Shown here one piece after another: positions 52,416-64,000 of a stretch of DNA of 64,000 nt. Both the position numbers and the translations under genes were made by a program. The notes under the pieces are model-generated. The model worked only from the letters and a program-made list of their open reading frames with translations, made no database searches and was not told the DNA's origin. Every line of letters begins with the position of its first letter. Position 1 is the stretch's first letter. This stretch comes from Xylographa opegraphella. Taxonomy: Eukaryota. The stretch spans positions 124,001 through 188,000 of the forward strand of contig JALDZX010000026.1 of NCBI GenBank assembly GCA_022813865.1. The letters are read 5' to 3'.

Positions 52416-52807
52416 GCTCGTTTTGTTTGGGAGACAATGGGCAACGGGTTTTTACTTGGTCGGTGGTGAATGGAGGGAGATGGAGCGTGTAGAAGCAAAG
52501 ACGCCGGAAAATGAAATCGCTATGCAAATAGATCGGAGCGGTGCATGGGTAAGGGAGTCCCCCGACGTTAATATATTCTTTCGAGCCCCAGGCTGGGCGT
52601 CTCGCAATCTCGCTTCACACTGCACCGGCACGAAATAGATAGGTACCTACCTTACTTACTCTAATCCCGCCAGCGGGACTGTAGTAGAGGCGTGATTGCC
52701 GGCAGAACATGGCTCCGCCGAGACGCCGTCGGCGCCAAGGTTAAGCACGATCTGCCTCGCCATACCCGAACAAGCCTAGCCGTATCGCGTGTCCCAAAAG
52801 CTCAACG

Positions 52808-52867
52808 TCCACCTCGGACACGCACCGAACACTCCACCTCGGACACGCACCGAAACACTCCACCTCG
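52808..52867. repeat. 25/26-bp tandem repeat, about 2.4 copies
   Basis: TCCACCTCGGACACGCACCGAA(A)CAC units starting at 52808, 52833 and 52859 (partial). Confidence 0.9.
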
Positions 52868-52904
52868 AGCGCTCCGGCGCGGCGCATCAATCGACTCGGC
52901 GAGG

Positions 52905-54040
52905 ATGTTCCACGACCTCAACGTGCCGTACACGAGCAACCACGCCGAGCTGCAACGCACGCTCACCTTCCTCGCCGAGCGTACCTCCCCCCTCCCACCT
53001 CCCCCTCCCTCACGCCCACCCCGCTAACCACACCCCAGTCGGCTACAACACCATCGCACTCTCGCACACCATCAACGGCAAACTCCCCACCGACCTCGTC
53101 CGCGCCCCCTCTCTCCCCACAATCCAAGAACCCCCCAGCTAACCTCCCCATCCACACACAGACATCCCCCATCCCCACGCCCCTCCCCTTCGCCACCCCC
53201 CCAGGCCTTCGCATCCTCACGCGCCTCACCCTCACCCTCCTCTCCCCCGCCAGCACCCCGCGCCTCCCCTCCCTCCTCCCGCACTACGACCTCCTCGCTC
53301 TCCGACCCACAACGCCGCAAACGCTCCTGACGGCATGCCAATCGCCCGCGACGCACCTCGTCAGCCTGGACCTCACCACCACGCGGCTCTTCCCGCTGCC
53401 GCGCAAGACGCTCGCGCTGGCGGTGCAGAACGGGATCCGATTCGAGATCAGCTACGCCGCGGCGGTGCTGGACAATGGCGGGCCGGGCGGGGGCATGGCG
53501 CGGCGGAATCTGATCAGCAATGCGACGGCGCTGGTGCGCGCGACGCAGGGACGGGGTATTGTGGTGAGTAGCGAGGCGCGCACCGCGTTGGCGTGTCGGG
53601 GGCCGTGGGATGTGGGGAATTTGGCGGGCGGGTGGGGACTGGGTGGGGAGAGGGGGCGGGAGGCGGTGGGGAGGGAGGCGAGGGTGGTGGTGGTGAGGGC
53701 GGAGGGGATACGGGGCGGGTGGAGGGGGGTGGTGAGTGTGGTTGCTGGTGGGGAGCGGGGAGTGGCGAAGGGGGAAGCGGAGAGGGCGGGGAGAGAGAAA
53801 GGGAAGAGCGGGAAGAGGAAGGCGGAGGTGTTGGAGGTGGAGAAGGCGGAGGAGGAGAAGCCGGTGAGCAAGCGGGAGATGAAGAGGAGAGCGAAGAAGG
53901 CACGGCAAGAGGGTCATGATGGAGGGGTGGACTCTGACGGAAGGAAACAGGAGGGTACGGCGAACGAAGGAAACTCTGAGACGGTGTCAGCGACGATGAC
54001 TCCAATTACGACTGAGACGAGTGCAAAACGCGCACCCTAA
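52905..54040 (+). CDS. RPP1: RNase P/MRP subunit p30 (Rpp1)
   Basis: MFHDLNVP...LAELGYNTIALSH; LTRLTL, YDLLALRP, GIRFEISY, RRNLISNATALVRATQGRGIVVSSEA and CRGPWDVGNL motifs; introns 52981-53038 and 53098-53161. Confidence 0.92.
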
Positions 54041-54301
54041 GCTGTCTCGGACAAACTCGATTGAAAAGTTACATGGGAAGCTATTTACGATAAATACATG
54101 CAGCGACTTTCGCGCGCGTGGTATATTACGACCAAGACCTGCAGAGCCTGCCCCGAAAAAGGTCTGCACTATTCCCCAAGACGCCATGCTGTGATCTATC
54201 GCTGGCCCGCTAGTGGCGCTTCACTCTGAAAGGGTTCCCTGAGCTTCCAGGAACACTAATGGAAGAACGTCGCTTATAGTGTCGGTTTGCGCTTGCCGGG
54301 A

Positions 54302-55685
54302 CTATCTAGCAGCGGCAGTCGGTCCGGCCTCTGGCCCCATAAGTGGCATTGTTATTTGACTGACTAATGAAAATGATCGAGAACCCGAAAAGGCACTGGA
54401 TACCATGCTCGTACTGGACATCATCGGCATTGTTAATGTGGGTTTCGAGGTCGTGCTCAGAGTTTCTGTAAAAGTTTCCATCGTGCTGAGGTGGATAATC
54501 AGAGTGCTTGCACTCATAAAGCTTGAATGTGTCGTCGTTGAGGTAGTCATCATTGATGTGGTTGTTGATTTTGTCGAAGTAGTCATCGTTGATGTGGTCA
54601 TGGGTTTCGTCGATGTCAAGGTCGTCATCGAGGTTGTTGTTGTTGGTTTTGTCGATGTCGAGGTCGTCATTGAAGTCGTTGTGGTCGGCTTTGTCATCGT
54701 CGAGGATGTCATGGTTGTTGTAGTCGTGGGTTTTGACATGGTAGTCATCGTAGAAGTAGTGCTTACCAATTTGATCGTGGTCAAAATTGAAGACATTACC
54801 GAGGTATGACTCGTCATCATCGTTGTCATCGTCGGCAAAGCCATCGTTGTCATTGTTGTGGCCATCATTCCTTGAAGGCCAAATGCCGCAGCTGGGCAGT
54901 TGCATTTACACATATCGCAAGCCCCGTTTGCCAGTAGTGTGCCAGTTCCTTGGAGCAGAAAGGGGAATGTTGGTGTTGATACGATGTTTACTGGCGTTGC
55001 TAATGATACAGAAGTGGGTTTCATCGTAGTCATAGAGGTGGTATTCATAGCCCTTGTCGCCATGACAGAAGTTGTCGGCATTATCATTGTAGTTTTGCTC
55101 GTCGCGGCCATAGCTAGCAGAGAAGACTGCTTGAGTTAGCTGAAAAGTCTGCCATGGACCAACTGGAAGCTTACAGTGAAGGTACACGTTCCTGGGATCG
55201 TGACAGTAACCATCTGCACCTGATTGACAACGCTCGTCGCTGTTACAGTCTTCATATCCGTAACCAACTGTATTACTGGCATTGTGGCCGTAACGTTCTT
55301 CAGGTTTGTTACTAGCGATGTCACCGCGACTGTTGATGTGACAGTCTTCAGATCTGTAATAAGCTGAGTTACCGCCTTTGTTGCTGTGACTGTTTCGAGA
55401 TTCATAATTGTCTGCGTAATGGTGACAGGCGACATAATCGTTTTTGTAACCAGGATTTCTGGAACCGTTATTGCCACGGTTTCTTCAAGAGTCAGGTGTT
55501 CCGTGGTGGCAGCTCTAGATGTTGTAAGCAAAGCGACGAAGCTGAGGTATATAAGATACTTACACTCCAGACGGAACCGATATCACCATGTTCTCCGATA
55601 GTTGCGCTCCAACAAAAGTACCCAGGCTCTGAAGTGCGCACCACATGCTAAGCCATAAGCCAGCAGATCGTTGAGGTGTGCGCAT
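54302..55685 (-). CDS. Secreted Thr/Met/Ser-rich mucin-like protein
   Basis: Signal-like N-terminus; introns 55515-55563 and 55127-55174 join in frame; VT.LKTVTAT repeats, a CDMCKCNC motif and STKPTTTTSMTT repeats. Confidence 0.7.
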
Positions 55686-57747
55686 CTTGACCAGATTACC
55701 AAGAAACTATTGCACAAAGAAAGCGAAAGAACGAGAGATATAGCGCAAAAGCAATTGTGTTAGAAATGTTGTCCTTAGATTCCCATAAGTAACGCCGGTT
55801 TTACTGTCCTCAAAAACGAGAGTATGGCGCAAATATGCGGCAAAGCTAGAGGAAACGATGGACTGGAAATGACAGATGAACCAGATGACCGAACTGGCAA
55901 AGCAAACCAACGAATGTTTACGGGATCAACGGAGGTTATGTACAGGCCGGATGATACCAGGAAATGAAGGAGCTCGAGAGGCAGCGTGGCAGGGCACTAT
56001 GGTCTCCCACACTCCGCAGCCATTGACGGCCTAGCAGAGGGAAATCTGGGACCATCCTCAAGAAGGCATGACGACTTACGTAGAAAAAGAGGAGCGAAAT
56101 GTATAGGTTGGCGTGGTGCATGAACGGCTGGTGCCAAGGCCCGACAGCCCATGTTTCAGGGCATCCTCTGATCAATGCTGTTGGACTCGAGCTCGGGACA
56201 AGACAATGGCTGTGGCCAATGCGGTCAATTGCATTAACAAACCTGTACCGGGTTCCATGGGACCAATACCGCAAGAGTTGGTCCGGGTCATGGTGAAGTT
56301 GTGGAAAGGCGCGAGTCTCTTGCACGGAATGTGGTCAGCAATTGACGCTAGTCCGAAGTTGGTCGTGCCGAAGCTTGAGCTCGGACCACGTCCTTTTCAC
56401 CGGCCACGAATCCGACCACATCGAGACACAACGTGGAACACTCCTCTCCTGGAGTGATTCTAAGAAAAGCGGTCTCGATTGAGAATGACCGAGCTTCCTT
56501 TTCGAGCCATGTGAAGCAGGCTCATGTCGAATTCGGGGCACCTCCAAGGCCTCTGGCCAGCATCGTTTCATGTCTCCTAACAATGAGAGTGCCATGTGCG
56601 TCCTAGCATGCCCAAGAAATTACCAGGTTGCATTGCTGCCATCTCGAGCTCATCGATACCATCAATTACCCTCTCGTGAATAGTTGGTTTCCAGGATTTC
56701 ATCATCGCTCGGTCACGAGCATGTTGTCACTTGAGGTGAAGGTGTGATTCCAAAATGCTATTATACGCAGTACATTTCAATTCCAGTCATGCTTTACTGG
56801 ATTTCGTAGCCCACCTTTGTTGATTGTGCTTCACATGTCACATAGGTTATTATTTACTCCAATGGGTTGCTGACCTCGTGTTCTCAAACCTTCAAAGCTT
56901 CGTGCACGCTGATGTATGTCAGCGAGATCGTATTGCACAGCATCAGCCATTGAGATCAAGATTCGCAGCTAGCCTACCGGAAACATATAACCTGCCCACA
57001 TATTCGGAGGATTCGCTTGGGCAACGAGGCCATGTTTTCTTATGAGCTACGAGGATGGTATAGTCCCCGAGTTGCGCTTCAAACCAGTGCAAAATTGATG
57101 AGTCGACACTTTACGCGCTTTATATACGCTGGAAGGGAGCCCGTAGCTCTTCGTCACTAGCAAAATCATTGGGGTCAAACATATCCTATTGCTAAGGTCA
57201 GAGGTTTAACCCTGAAGCGCGATCTCAAAATCTACTGTCACGACTAAGCGAGTACCATGTGGCAGGCATCCCTAGCCTCAGTACCTCAGACGTGGCGCAC
57301 TAAGCCTCTGCTTGCCTCAGTACACACACGCTGGACCATATTGCAGCGCAGAGGCGAGTAGGCTTCCTTCCATGGGTGGGGAGAGCGCAGCTCAAGCTCT
57401 TTGTGCCTACTCACCCCTGAGCATCTGCTCGGATGAATAGTTACTGACGATCTTGTCCTTCTGTCGGCCAGTCCTGACGCGGGAGTACATGCGGTCGAGG
57501 GAAGCGATTTCCAAACAAGGATTGGGATCTCAGATGCATAAATTCCCAAAGCAACTACATTTTACACGAACTCAATCACATCCTATCCTCGCAGCTGACT
57601 CAATGCCACACGGGCGTCCCGTTGGAATTCTTGATAATGTACTGTCTCTTTCGGTTGTTATAACTTGTTCAAACTCCATCTCGCATACTTTTACTTGCGA
57701 ATCGTCCTTGAGTTCCATCGGAGATTGAAGAAAGCAGTCATGAAGCG

Positions 57748-57978
57748 ATGGCCCTATACTGTTCGCCTTGGGATCGATCATTGAGCAGCCAGCAGGCACT
57801 GCAGCAGCACCTCAATTCACCAGCTCATGGTCTGGTGTATGGGTGTGAAGAGTGCGATCGGACCTTGGACGCTGAGCGAGCTCTTAATGACCACCTCGAT
57901 ACTCCGGAGCGTTATCCAGGGGTCAACATACATTTGACCATATCGCGTGCCTCACATAACAAATCTCACCCTGGGTAG
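57748..57978 (+). pseudogene. Degenerate C2H2 zinc-finger fragment
   Basis: YCSPWDRSLSSQQALQQHLNSPAH (second Cys replaced by Trp) and CEECDRTL..ERALNDHL (final His missing). Confidence 0.55.
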
Positions 57979-57995
57979 GCCTTCGTCTAGAGTCT

Positions 57996-58792
57996 TCAAG
58001 AGTCTTCCTCCTGCGAACCCACTCCACCAATTCCAGACTCGTCTAGCAATTGCTCCTCCAGTCCCTCCAATTCCTTCTCCATAATCTCGCCATTCTCCGA
58101 CCGCTTTGCCGTCTCAAAATCAATAAGAACAGCGCCCCTTTCGGAAATCAAAAAGTTATGCTTATTCAAGTCCCCATGAAGTATGCCCAAGCCATGCAAC
58201 TTTCTGACGATATCCTGGCAGGCAGGAAGATCCGAAATGGTGGCGTGGTGGCCTTCAATATATTCGATAAGAAATCCAATAGCCCGACCATCTTCTTTCA
58301 AGTACCCCAAGAACTCCGGACCGATATTATGGCCATCGATCCATGAATATACTCGAGTCTCAGCAATATAGTACCCGATCTCCCATTCGAATCTCGCAAA
58401 TTTGGCAACCATTGGCTTCTCGAATTGTGGAGCAGATGCCATGTAGACGTTTGATCTAAGTCGCTCTCCGATTTGAAAAGAAAAGTAGTCATAGGACTTC
58501 GAATGCCACCGAGGATTGATTGAAGGGAAATTTTTCTAGAGAGTCTCTAAGAAGAATGGCGTTGGATTTCCCACCGTTTGCGAGATGCGGCCAAAGTTCC
58601 AGTCGCCTTGGGAAATGGCGGCAGCTTTTCCGCCAGGATTGGTGGGAAGCATAGATCATCGACGTCGTATATTCCTGGATCGATGGTGATATATTTGAAG
58701 TGCTTCTTGTTCACCAGCATTCTGTATTAGCTAGGGGTTTTACCCTCAGGATCAATTTCTTGATTCAAGATCTCGACCTGGGGAGGACACAT
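57996..58792 (-). pseudogene. Fungal protein-kinase-like (PKL) gene, disrupted
   Basis: VAKFARFEWE, GPEFLG, HGDLNKHNFL and LIDFE motifs; the 5' half has TAA at 58727-58729, a frameshift near 58608 and TAG at 58536-58538. Confidence 0.85.
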
Positions 58793-59343
58793 AGCTTTGG
58801 TGAGAGTGGTGCTTGTGCTACACATTAAAGAAATTGGTGATGATGAGACTTTAACTTGGCTTACTCGATTAGGAGCTGATATCGAGGGCTGTGGTAAACT
58901 GATGTGGACAATTGTTTGGGGGATGTTGTTACAAATATAAGAGCCTACCAACTGTATCAGAAAAGGTGTTCTACCCTTACTAGCGTGATAAATTGAGGTA
59001 GACTACCTACCTAAATAACCGCGTATTATAGCGCTAGATGAAACACCAACCTGCTCATGAATATTACTGGTGCGACAATAGCCAATTGACTTCTTTTCAT
59101 TTTCGACGAATCTTTCATATTGCAATTTAACTTACGAACGCGTAGAGAGCGGCAGCTAGCCCGTGCACGTAGCCTTCCACCAACGATTGGCTGGACTGCC
59201 GCGCTCTCAGCAGCGACGGTTGTTCAGCCGAGTCGGTAAGCGCCACCCTCGATCCAACCGCCACCTCTCAACTCGAAAATCCACCAGATCCACTGCGCAT
59301 GCCGACTCTGCATTTCAAGACTCGGCGATTCGATATTCACTGC

Positions 59344-59630
59344 GGACGGTATAGGGAAGAGTTTGTTGACGAGCTATAAGAGCCAACAATCCGGTATGGA
59401 AGGTTTGGAATCAAGCTCAGCAGCTTATGTGGGGACCGCAGCCGCTTGAGAACAACCTCAACTGTCTGGTCTCGATTGATACCGGCGTCCCCCTTCTCTC
59501 AAGCCATTTCGGGATGACGCCTTTCATATTGGCGACACACTAGTTGCAGTTGCCACCGAGACGGAGCAGACGGCAGAGAGTTTTCGTCGAGAGACGTCAC
59601 AGCTTGATGATAGCGACCAGTATTGCCGGA
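59344..59630 (+). pseudogene. Patatin-like phospholipase C-terminal relic
   Basis: With two frameshifts it reads GRYREEFVD(GA)IRANNPVWKVWNQAQ...CLVSIDTGVP.LKPFRDD...TLVAVATETEQTAESFRR...QY. Confidence 0.75.
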
Positions 59631-60533
59631 TCAAATCACAAGAAGGAAGTTTATCAGAGTTTGAAGTTACAAGCATCAATTGACGCGATCATTCCTGCTC
59701 CTTGAGATGAACACAGCCATAAGATATGGTCGTCGTGCGAAGAGAATGAGTTGCTTGGGAACAGGAGTCAGGATTAGTACAGGTGCTAACGTATGCCTGG
59801 TCACCGTAAATACCGGGCAAAGAGCTTCATGAAGACAAGACGGCATATCAAATATAGAAGGTGTAGTCAGGGATGTAATTGTTCATTTTTCCCTTGCCTT
59901 CCTCCGTGTAGTCTTCGCTGGTTGTCCCTTCGATACACCCTGAGGTTCTGCAGAGCTCCTAGTTGTCCGATTACTTGCAACCTTCCACTCCGGTTTGAAT
60001 CGGACTGCACGTTTCGAGGGGCCCGTAGAAGCCATCTTCGCTGGATCCTTAGCTGTGCTAGAGACAGCTGGCTGTATTCGTTTGCTTCTGTGCGGATTTG
60101 CACGGTGAGGCGGAGGCGAGGGTTGCGGTTCTGCTGCATCCACACCGGAAGCAAATAGTAAACCATCAGAGAACACCTTTTGTAAGATGTTTAACCGCCA
60201 TTAAGGGCCTTTTCTCCTTCCAGCGGCTTTTGCGACCTTTGATAAATGGACTAGGCCAAGAGATCTTAAAGCTTCAGCGCCTCTTGCACGTTCATTTGAA
60301 CGATAATCTTTACGTTTCCTATGTGCTTGGTTCCGAACGAGTATATCTCCGATGATCTTACCCGAGATCGTGATATCCGCATGCGTGTGGCCTTTCTTCT
60401 CGAAAATGACGTTCGAATGGCGAATGGATAAAGGAGAATGACCCTGTCTGATTACAGTAGCACTCTTTACTTTATGTTAGAAGACCCAGCTGACAAGCAT
60501 GCCTTGCATATCACCCACCTTGACTGAGTGCAT

Positions 60534-62631
60534 CTATGATTTCCATTTTAAAGTGAGATTCATGTTGCTGTGGCTTCTCAGTACTTCGAGTCTTTCTACA
60601 TCTTTGGGATCTATGGTGTTTTCTCGGAAGTTTCTCAGAATCCTCAAGGTATTGGTGATCTTCTCTTCCATCATCGCTTCTTCTTTTTGCAACTCAGCTC
60701 GGGCCTGCTCTGTGACAGCAAGGCCAGACGGTTTCCAGCAGGAGTATGAGGAAGCTGCCAAGTTGACTTGCCAGTACTTGTCAAGTTCGTAACATTCATC
60801 GTGCCAGAATTCGACTATGCCAGCCCTCGATGTTTCGACAAATGTTTTCATGATCGGCGTCGTGCACCCTGCACATATTTCGGCACCTTGCGTCGCATAG
60901 TGGTAGTGACACATAATTTTCTGTTCATTTTCATAATATGTGTCTTCACGACCAATGGGAAACTCGCACATGGAGCACGTCATATGCCCTTCATGATATT
61001 TTCGATTGCAGGCTTCCAGGTAAGAGCCACGCAAAGCTTCGCCACAACCATAGCAGAGCAAATCGAGACGCCGGAAATAGTCTGTCTCACAAAGTGCGGA
61101 CTGCCCGTTGCCTTTCTCATCGTCGACTGGAAAAAATTTCTCGGCCACGGTCTGGTTGCAATCCTGCATCTTTAGGTAAGCCGGGATCAGCTGCCAGGCC
61201 TTGTATGATCACTTACCCGGCATCTAAAGCATTCAATGTGGTACGTTTGTCCTAATGCTCTCACCCACTGACCCTTGAGAGGCCGCTGACACACTCCACA
61301 TATCCTCGTGCTTCGTGGCAGGTTGCTCCGCGCAGGAACTAAAGAAGGCTGTGTTTCGCCACTTATTTCCACTTGGGCCGGTTCAGGACTGGGAAGCGGA
61401 AGTAACTGCTGTGAAGGATATTCACCATCTTGAATCGGAGCGTTTGGAAGCCCTAGAGCCGTCTCTGTTAATCGAAAAGAGCCAAAGCGATCCATAGTCT
61501 CCGGGTCAATCAAACTCAATTCAGGTAGTTGCAGGGGTTGAAGAAGAAATGGTGAGCTTGACGGCCATGCTATATTGTCTTGAAAGGGATTGAGGCCGTT
61601 TGTGCCAATTCTTGGAGCGGACAGATTTGTGACGGTGTCATTTATAGGGATATTTAGATCAACCCGTCCTTCGGTAGGTATAAACGCGCTCCCTGTGCGA
61701 GAAACTTCCTGCGCAATGCCCGGACTAAGTGGTTTCGTGGTAATCTCAGACGTTGAAAGATCCAGATCGACATGCCGATTAGTAGCTGCTAGAGCGTCAG
61801 CTGGAATAGTGGTTTCTGCGTTTATATCGGTTAAGACAGGATCCAACTCGACGTCAGAATTCCGCTCATCTCCGGAAGCATTCTTTTGAATAGATCGCAG
61901 CATAGCTTGTCTGTAGACCTTCGAGTTGACGACCAGATCATCGAATTCGAAGCACGTTGACGACCTGGATGACTCTGCGAAGCTTAGAACGCTCTGTGAG
62001 TCTACAAGATCTATTGTAGATCCTTCGATGATGCTTTTTGTCTTTTTCTCTCTTGAGCTCCGCGCTCGGGAAATCATCATTTTCAATGAACCATGATTTC
62101 TTCGCAACAGATCTCGTGTCTCGACTTCGGATTTGCTGTCAATGGTCATCTCACTGTGTATATGGTGTCTTGACCAGAAATACTTGCAACATACCTTCGC
62201 AGAACGGTCAAAAGCAGGGTTATGGACGCCTGGTGGCCGCGCAACTGCTGCAATAACTCTCTCATCTCCACCTCGTTCCACAAGAACTTGACTTTGGTTG
62301 TCCATTTTGATGTGATGTCAGCTGAATTAGACACCTTTTTGTCTGTAATGAGCTCCAAAATATATTCCTCGAGAACAGAGATAGTAAGTGTACAGCCGAT
62401 AACAACCGTCTCGAGTGTGTTGACAACATCAGCGTCCACGGAGCCATCGTTGATCGCAAGATTCTGCAGATGTGATAGTGCTGTGCTTACAGTAACACAC
62501 TCGGTTGCTATGGAGCTAATTGTGAGTGTGGCGGCCTTGTATCTACCCCGAACGTCTTGTGCAGCCTTGACAATCGAAGCGCATTTCATGACGAGCGACG
62601 TAATCGCCACGGTCATGCTCAAGGGATCCAT
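60534..62631 (-). CDS. Fungal STAND N-terminal (HeLo-like) domain fused to Lrg1-type LIM domains
   Basis: MDPLS...VKFLWNE..MRELLQQLRGHQASITLLL domain; FEFDDLVVNSKVYR linker; LIM motifs CGVC...VRALG..YHIECFRC, CYGC...C..C...CHYHY and CAGC...WHDECY; introns at about 62136/62154-62194 and 61164-61216. The 3' end is uncertain and may extend towards about 59883. Confidence 0.75.
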
Positions 62632-63399
62632 GACCAAAAGTTATTTTGCAAATCACATCAGAGTAAAAATAATATATAGATCATGTATAATATGTAAGGG
62701 AGGGTCGCGATAATGCTATAGTGCTCTTTCCCAGGTAGTCTGCCTCCTGATCGACAGTTTGGTCCTCAGCCTATGATTCTCGACCCTCGTTTGGAGTAAA
62801 GTGATGCTAGGACTATCCTCCACCTACAGGATCAAAGATCTATACCAGGATATATCGAATACAGTACCCCATTGATGCCAAAGCGAAATGGATCGAGGGC
62901 GCCCGAGACGTATTGTGAGGCTGAACTTTGTCTTCGTCAACGGCTAGCACTTAGGTCCTACCAGATTAGGACTAGCTCCAGTCATACATGGGCCAGATGC
63001 CTCGATGGACTTGTAGTTTCCCCCACTCACCGGAGGCACCCGTGGAGATTGAACCAGCTTGCTCATGTAGTCGTTTAGTGTTCCTACGCTCGTCTTCAAC
63101 ATCTAAAGTCCATCGGGACGGAGGTCTCAAGCCAAGATTTCGGATGCACGTTGGATAACGCGTTCGGGGCGGTGCAAGAGGCTTAAGCTACAACTATTGC
63201 TAAGCAAAGGCTGGGACGGTATCCAAGGAAAGTGTTTTGATAGAGCGACAAAGCCAAAGCAGACAACAAAGCCGAAGATCATAGTAACGACAGACAGCTT
63301 TAACCAATTGAATTCCGACCGATCGTCAATTTCCACGGCCCGAAGGTCCAGCCACGCTGCTCAACATCCCTCCAGAACTCAACCCTCGTGGTGCATTAC

Positions 63400-64000
63400 C
63401 TATGCCACCCACGTTCCACGACTCACTGTAGTCCCATTGACCCAAGACCTCTCATCCAGTTCGAACCACCTCCTCATCGGCGGTGCTCCCTGCCCTGCAC
63501 ATACAGTAGTCGACAAGCACACATTCACCCCGCAGCAAGTATTCGCCGCACACACCATATTATTGCCGCAATCGGAGTCCACGTTGCAGGTTGGCAGACC
63601 CGCGCACGGGGTGTTGAGCATGCAAAAGCCTGCGCCTTCTGTGGTCGTGGCACAGAAGCACTCGCCGCCAGGACCGCAATTGCTGTAGGCGCCACAGACG
63701 GAGCCTTGGCATACAGGGGAGGTGCAGCCGCCGTTCGCGCAGACACCGGAAGCGCACTGTGAGGAGAAGAGGATTAGGATAATGGCAATCTGAAGAACTC
63801 GGTTGGAGGACAGTGAGTGACTTACAACTGTGCCGCAGGCCCCGCAGTTGTTGGCGTCGCTCAGCAAATTGGTGCAGGTGGAGCCGCAAGAGGTGTCAGG
63901 GGCATTGCAGTCTGAGCCACCAATTGTGACCGTGATGGTAACGGTGGAAGTAGGAGTGGGGGCAGTGGTAGTGGTCATGGTGATGCCAGCACACGAGCAG
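63400..64000 (-). CDS. Cys-rich, probably secreted protein with a Stig1-like motif; 5'-partial
   Basis: Thr-rich stalk, then CGSTCTNLLSDANNCGACG|CASGVC...C.C....G.GFC...C..DSDC...C..NTCC; in-frame intron 63757-63825. Confidence 0.75.
   Translation of the reverse strand, partial: CSCAGITMTTTTAPTPTSTVTITVTIGGSDCNAPDTSCGSTCTNLLSDANNCGACGTVVSHSLSSNRVLQIAIILILFSSQCASGVCANGGCTSPVCQGSVCGAYSNCGPGGECFCATTTEGAGFCMLNTPCAGLPTCNVDSDCGNNMVCAANTCCGVNVCLSTTVCAGQGAPPMRRWFELDERSWVNGTTVSRGTWVA

Noticed and set aside
52808..52867. Repeat read as a CRISPR-like array
   Set aside because: Units are directly adjacent with no spacers; eukaryotic context; no cas genes.
53072..54005. Pro-rich antisense ORFs over RPP1
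   Set aside because: By-products of the G-rich sense strand.

Overview
Gene-dense 64 kb window from a filamentous ascomycete (Pezizomycotina; short GT-AG introns with CTRAC/CTGAT branch sites). It holds about 23 apparently intact or near-intact protein genes. Housekeeping genes: VPS8, DUF3844 protein, TPT-family transporter, ERO1, CPT1/EPT1-type phosphotransferase and RPP1. Secreted or cell-wall genes: a GH16 glucanase, Ser/Thr-rich GPI proteins, a Cys-rich prepropeptide and a Stig1-like protein. Also present are a LysM-lysozyme plus CAP pair, an IQ-motif protein, a DUF3659 repeat protein, and an MFS/SDR/SnoaL-like/alpha-beta-hydrolase group. The 57.7-62.6 kb stretch is a decaying accessory region with C2H2, kinase-like and patatin relics next to a fusion of a STAND-type N-terminal domain with LIM domains. 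The most unusual signal is an ORF-poor ~1 kb stretch (48.1-49.2 kb) with nested long-range helices rich in G-U pairs, ending at an intron-like element that starts CAG|ATACGT. It is a candidate large structured ncRNA, possibly telomerase RNA, but no canonical template is visible. I recognised no tRNA, rRNA, CRISPR array or intact transposon. All splice models and family calls were made by eye and need HMM and RNA-seq confirmation.
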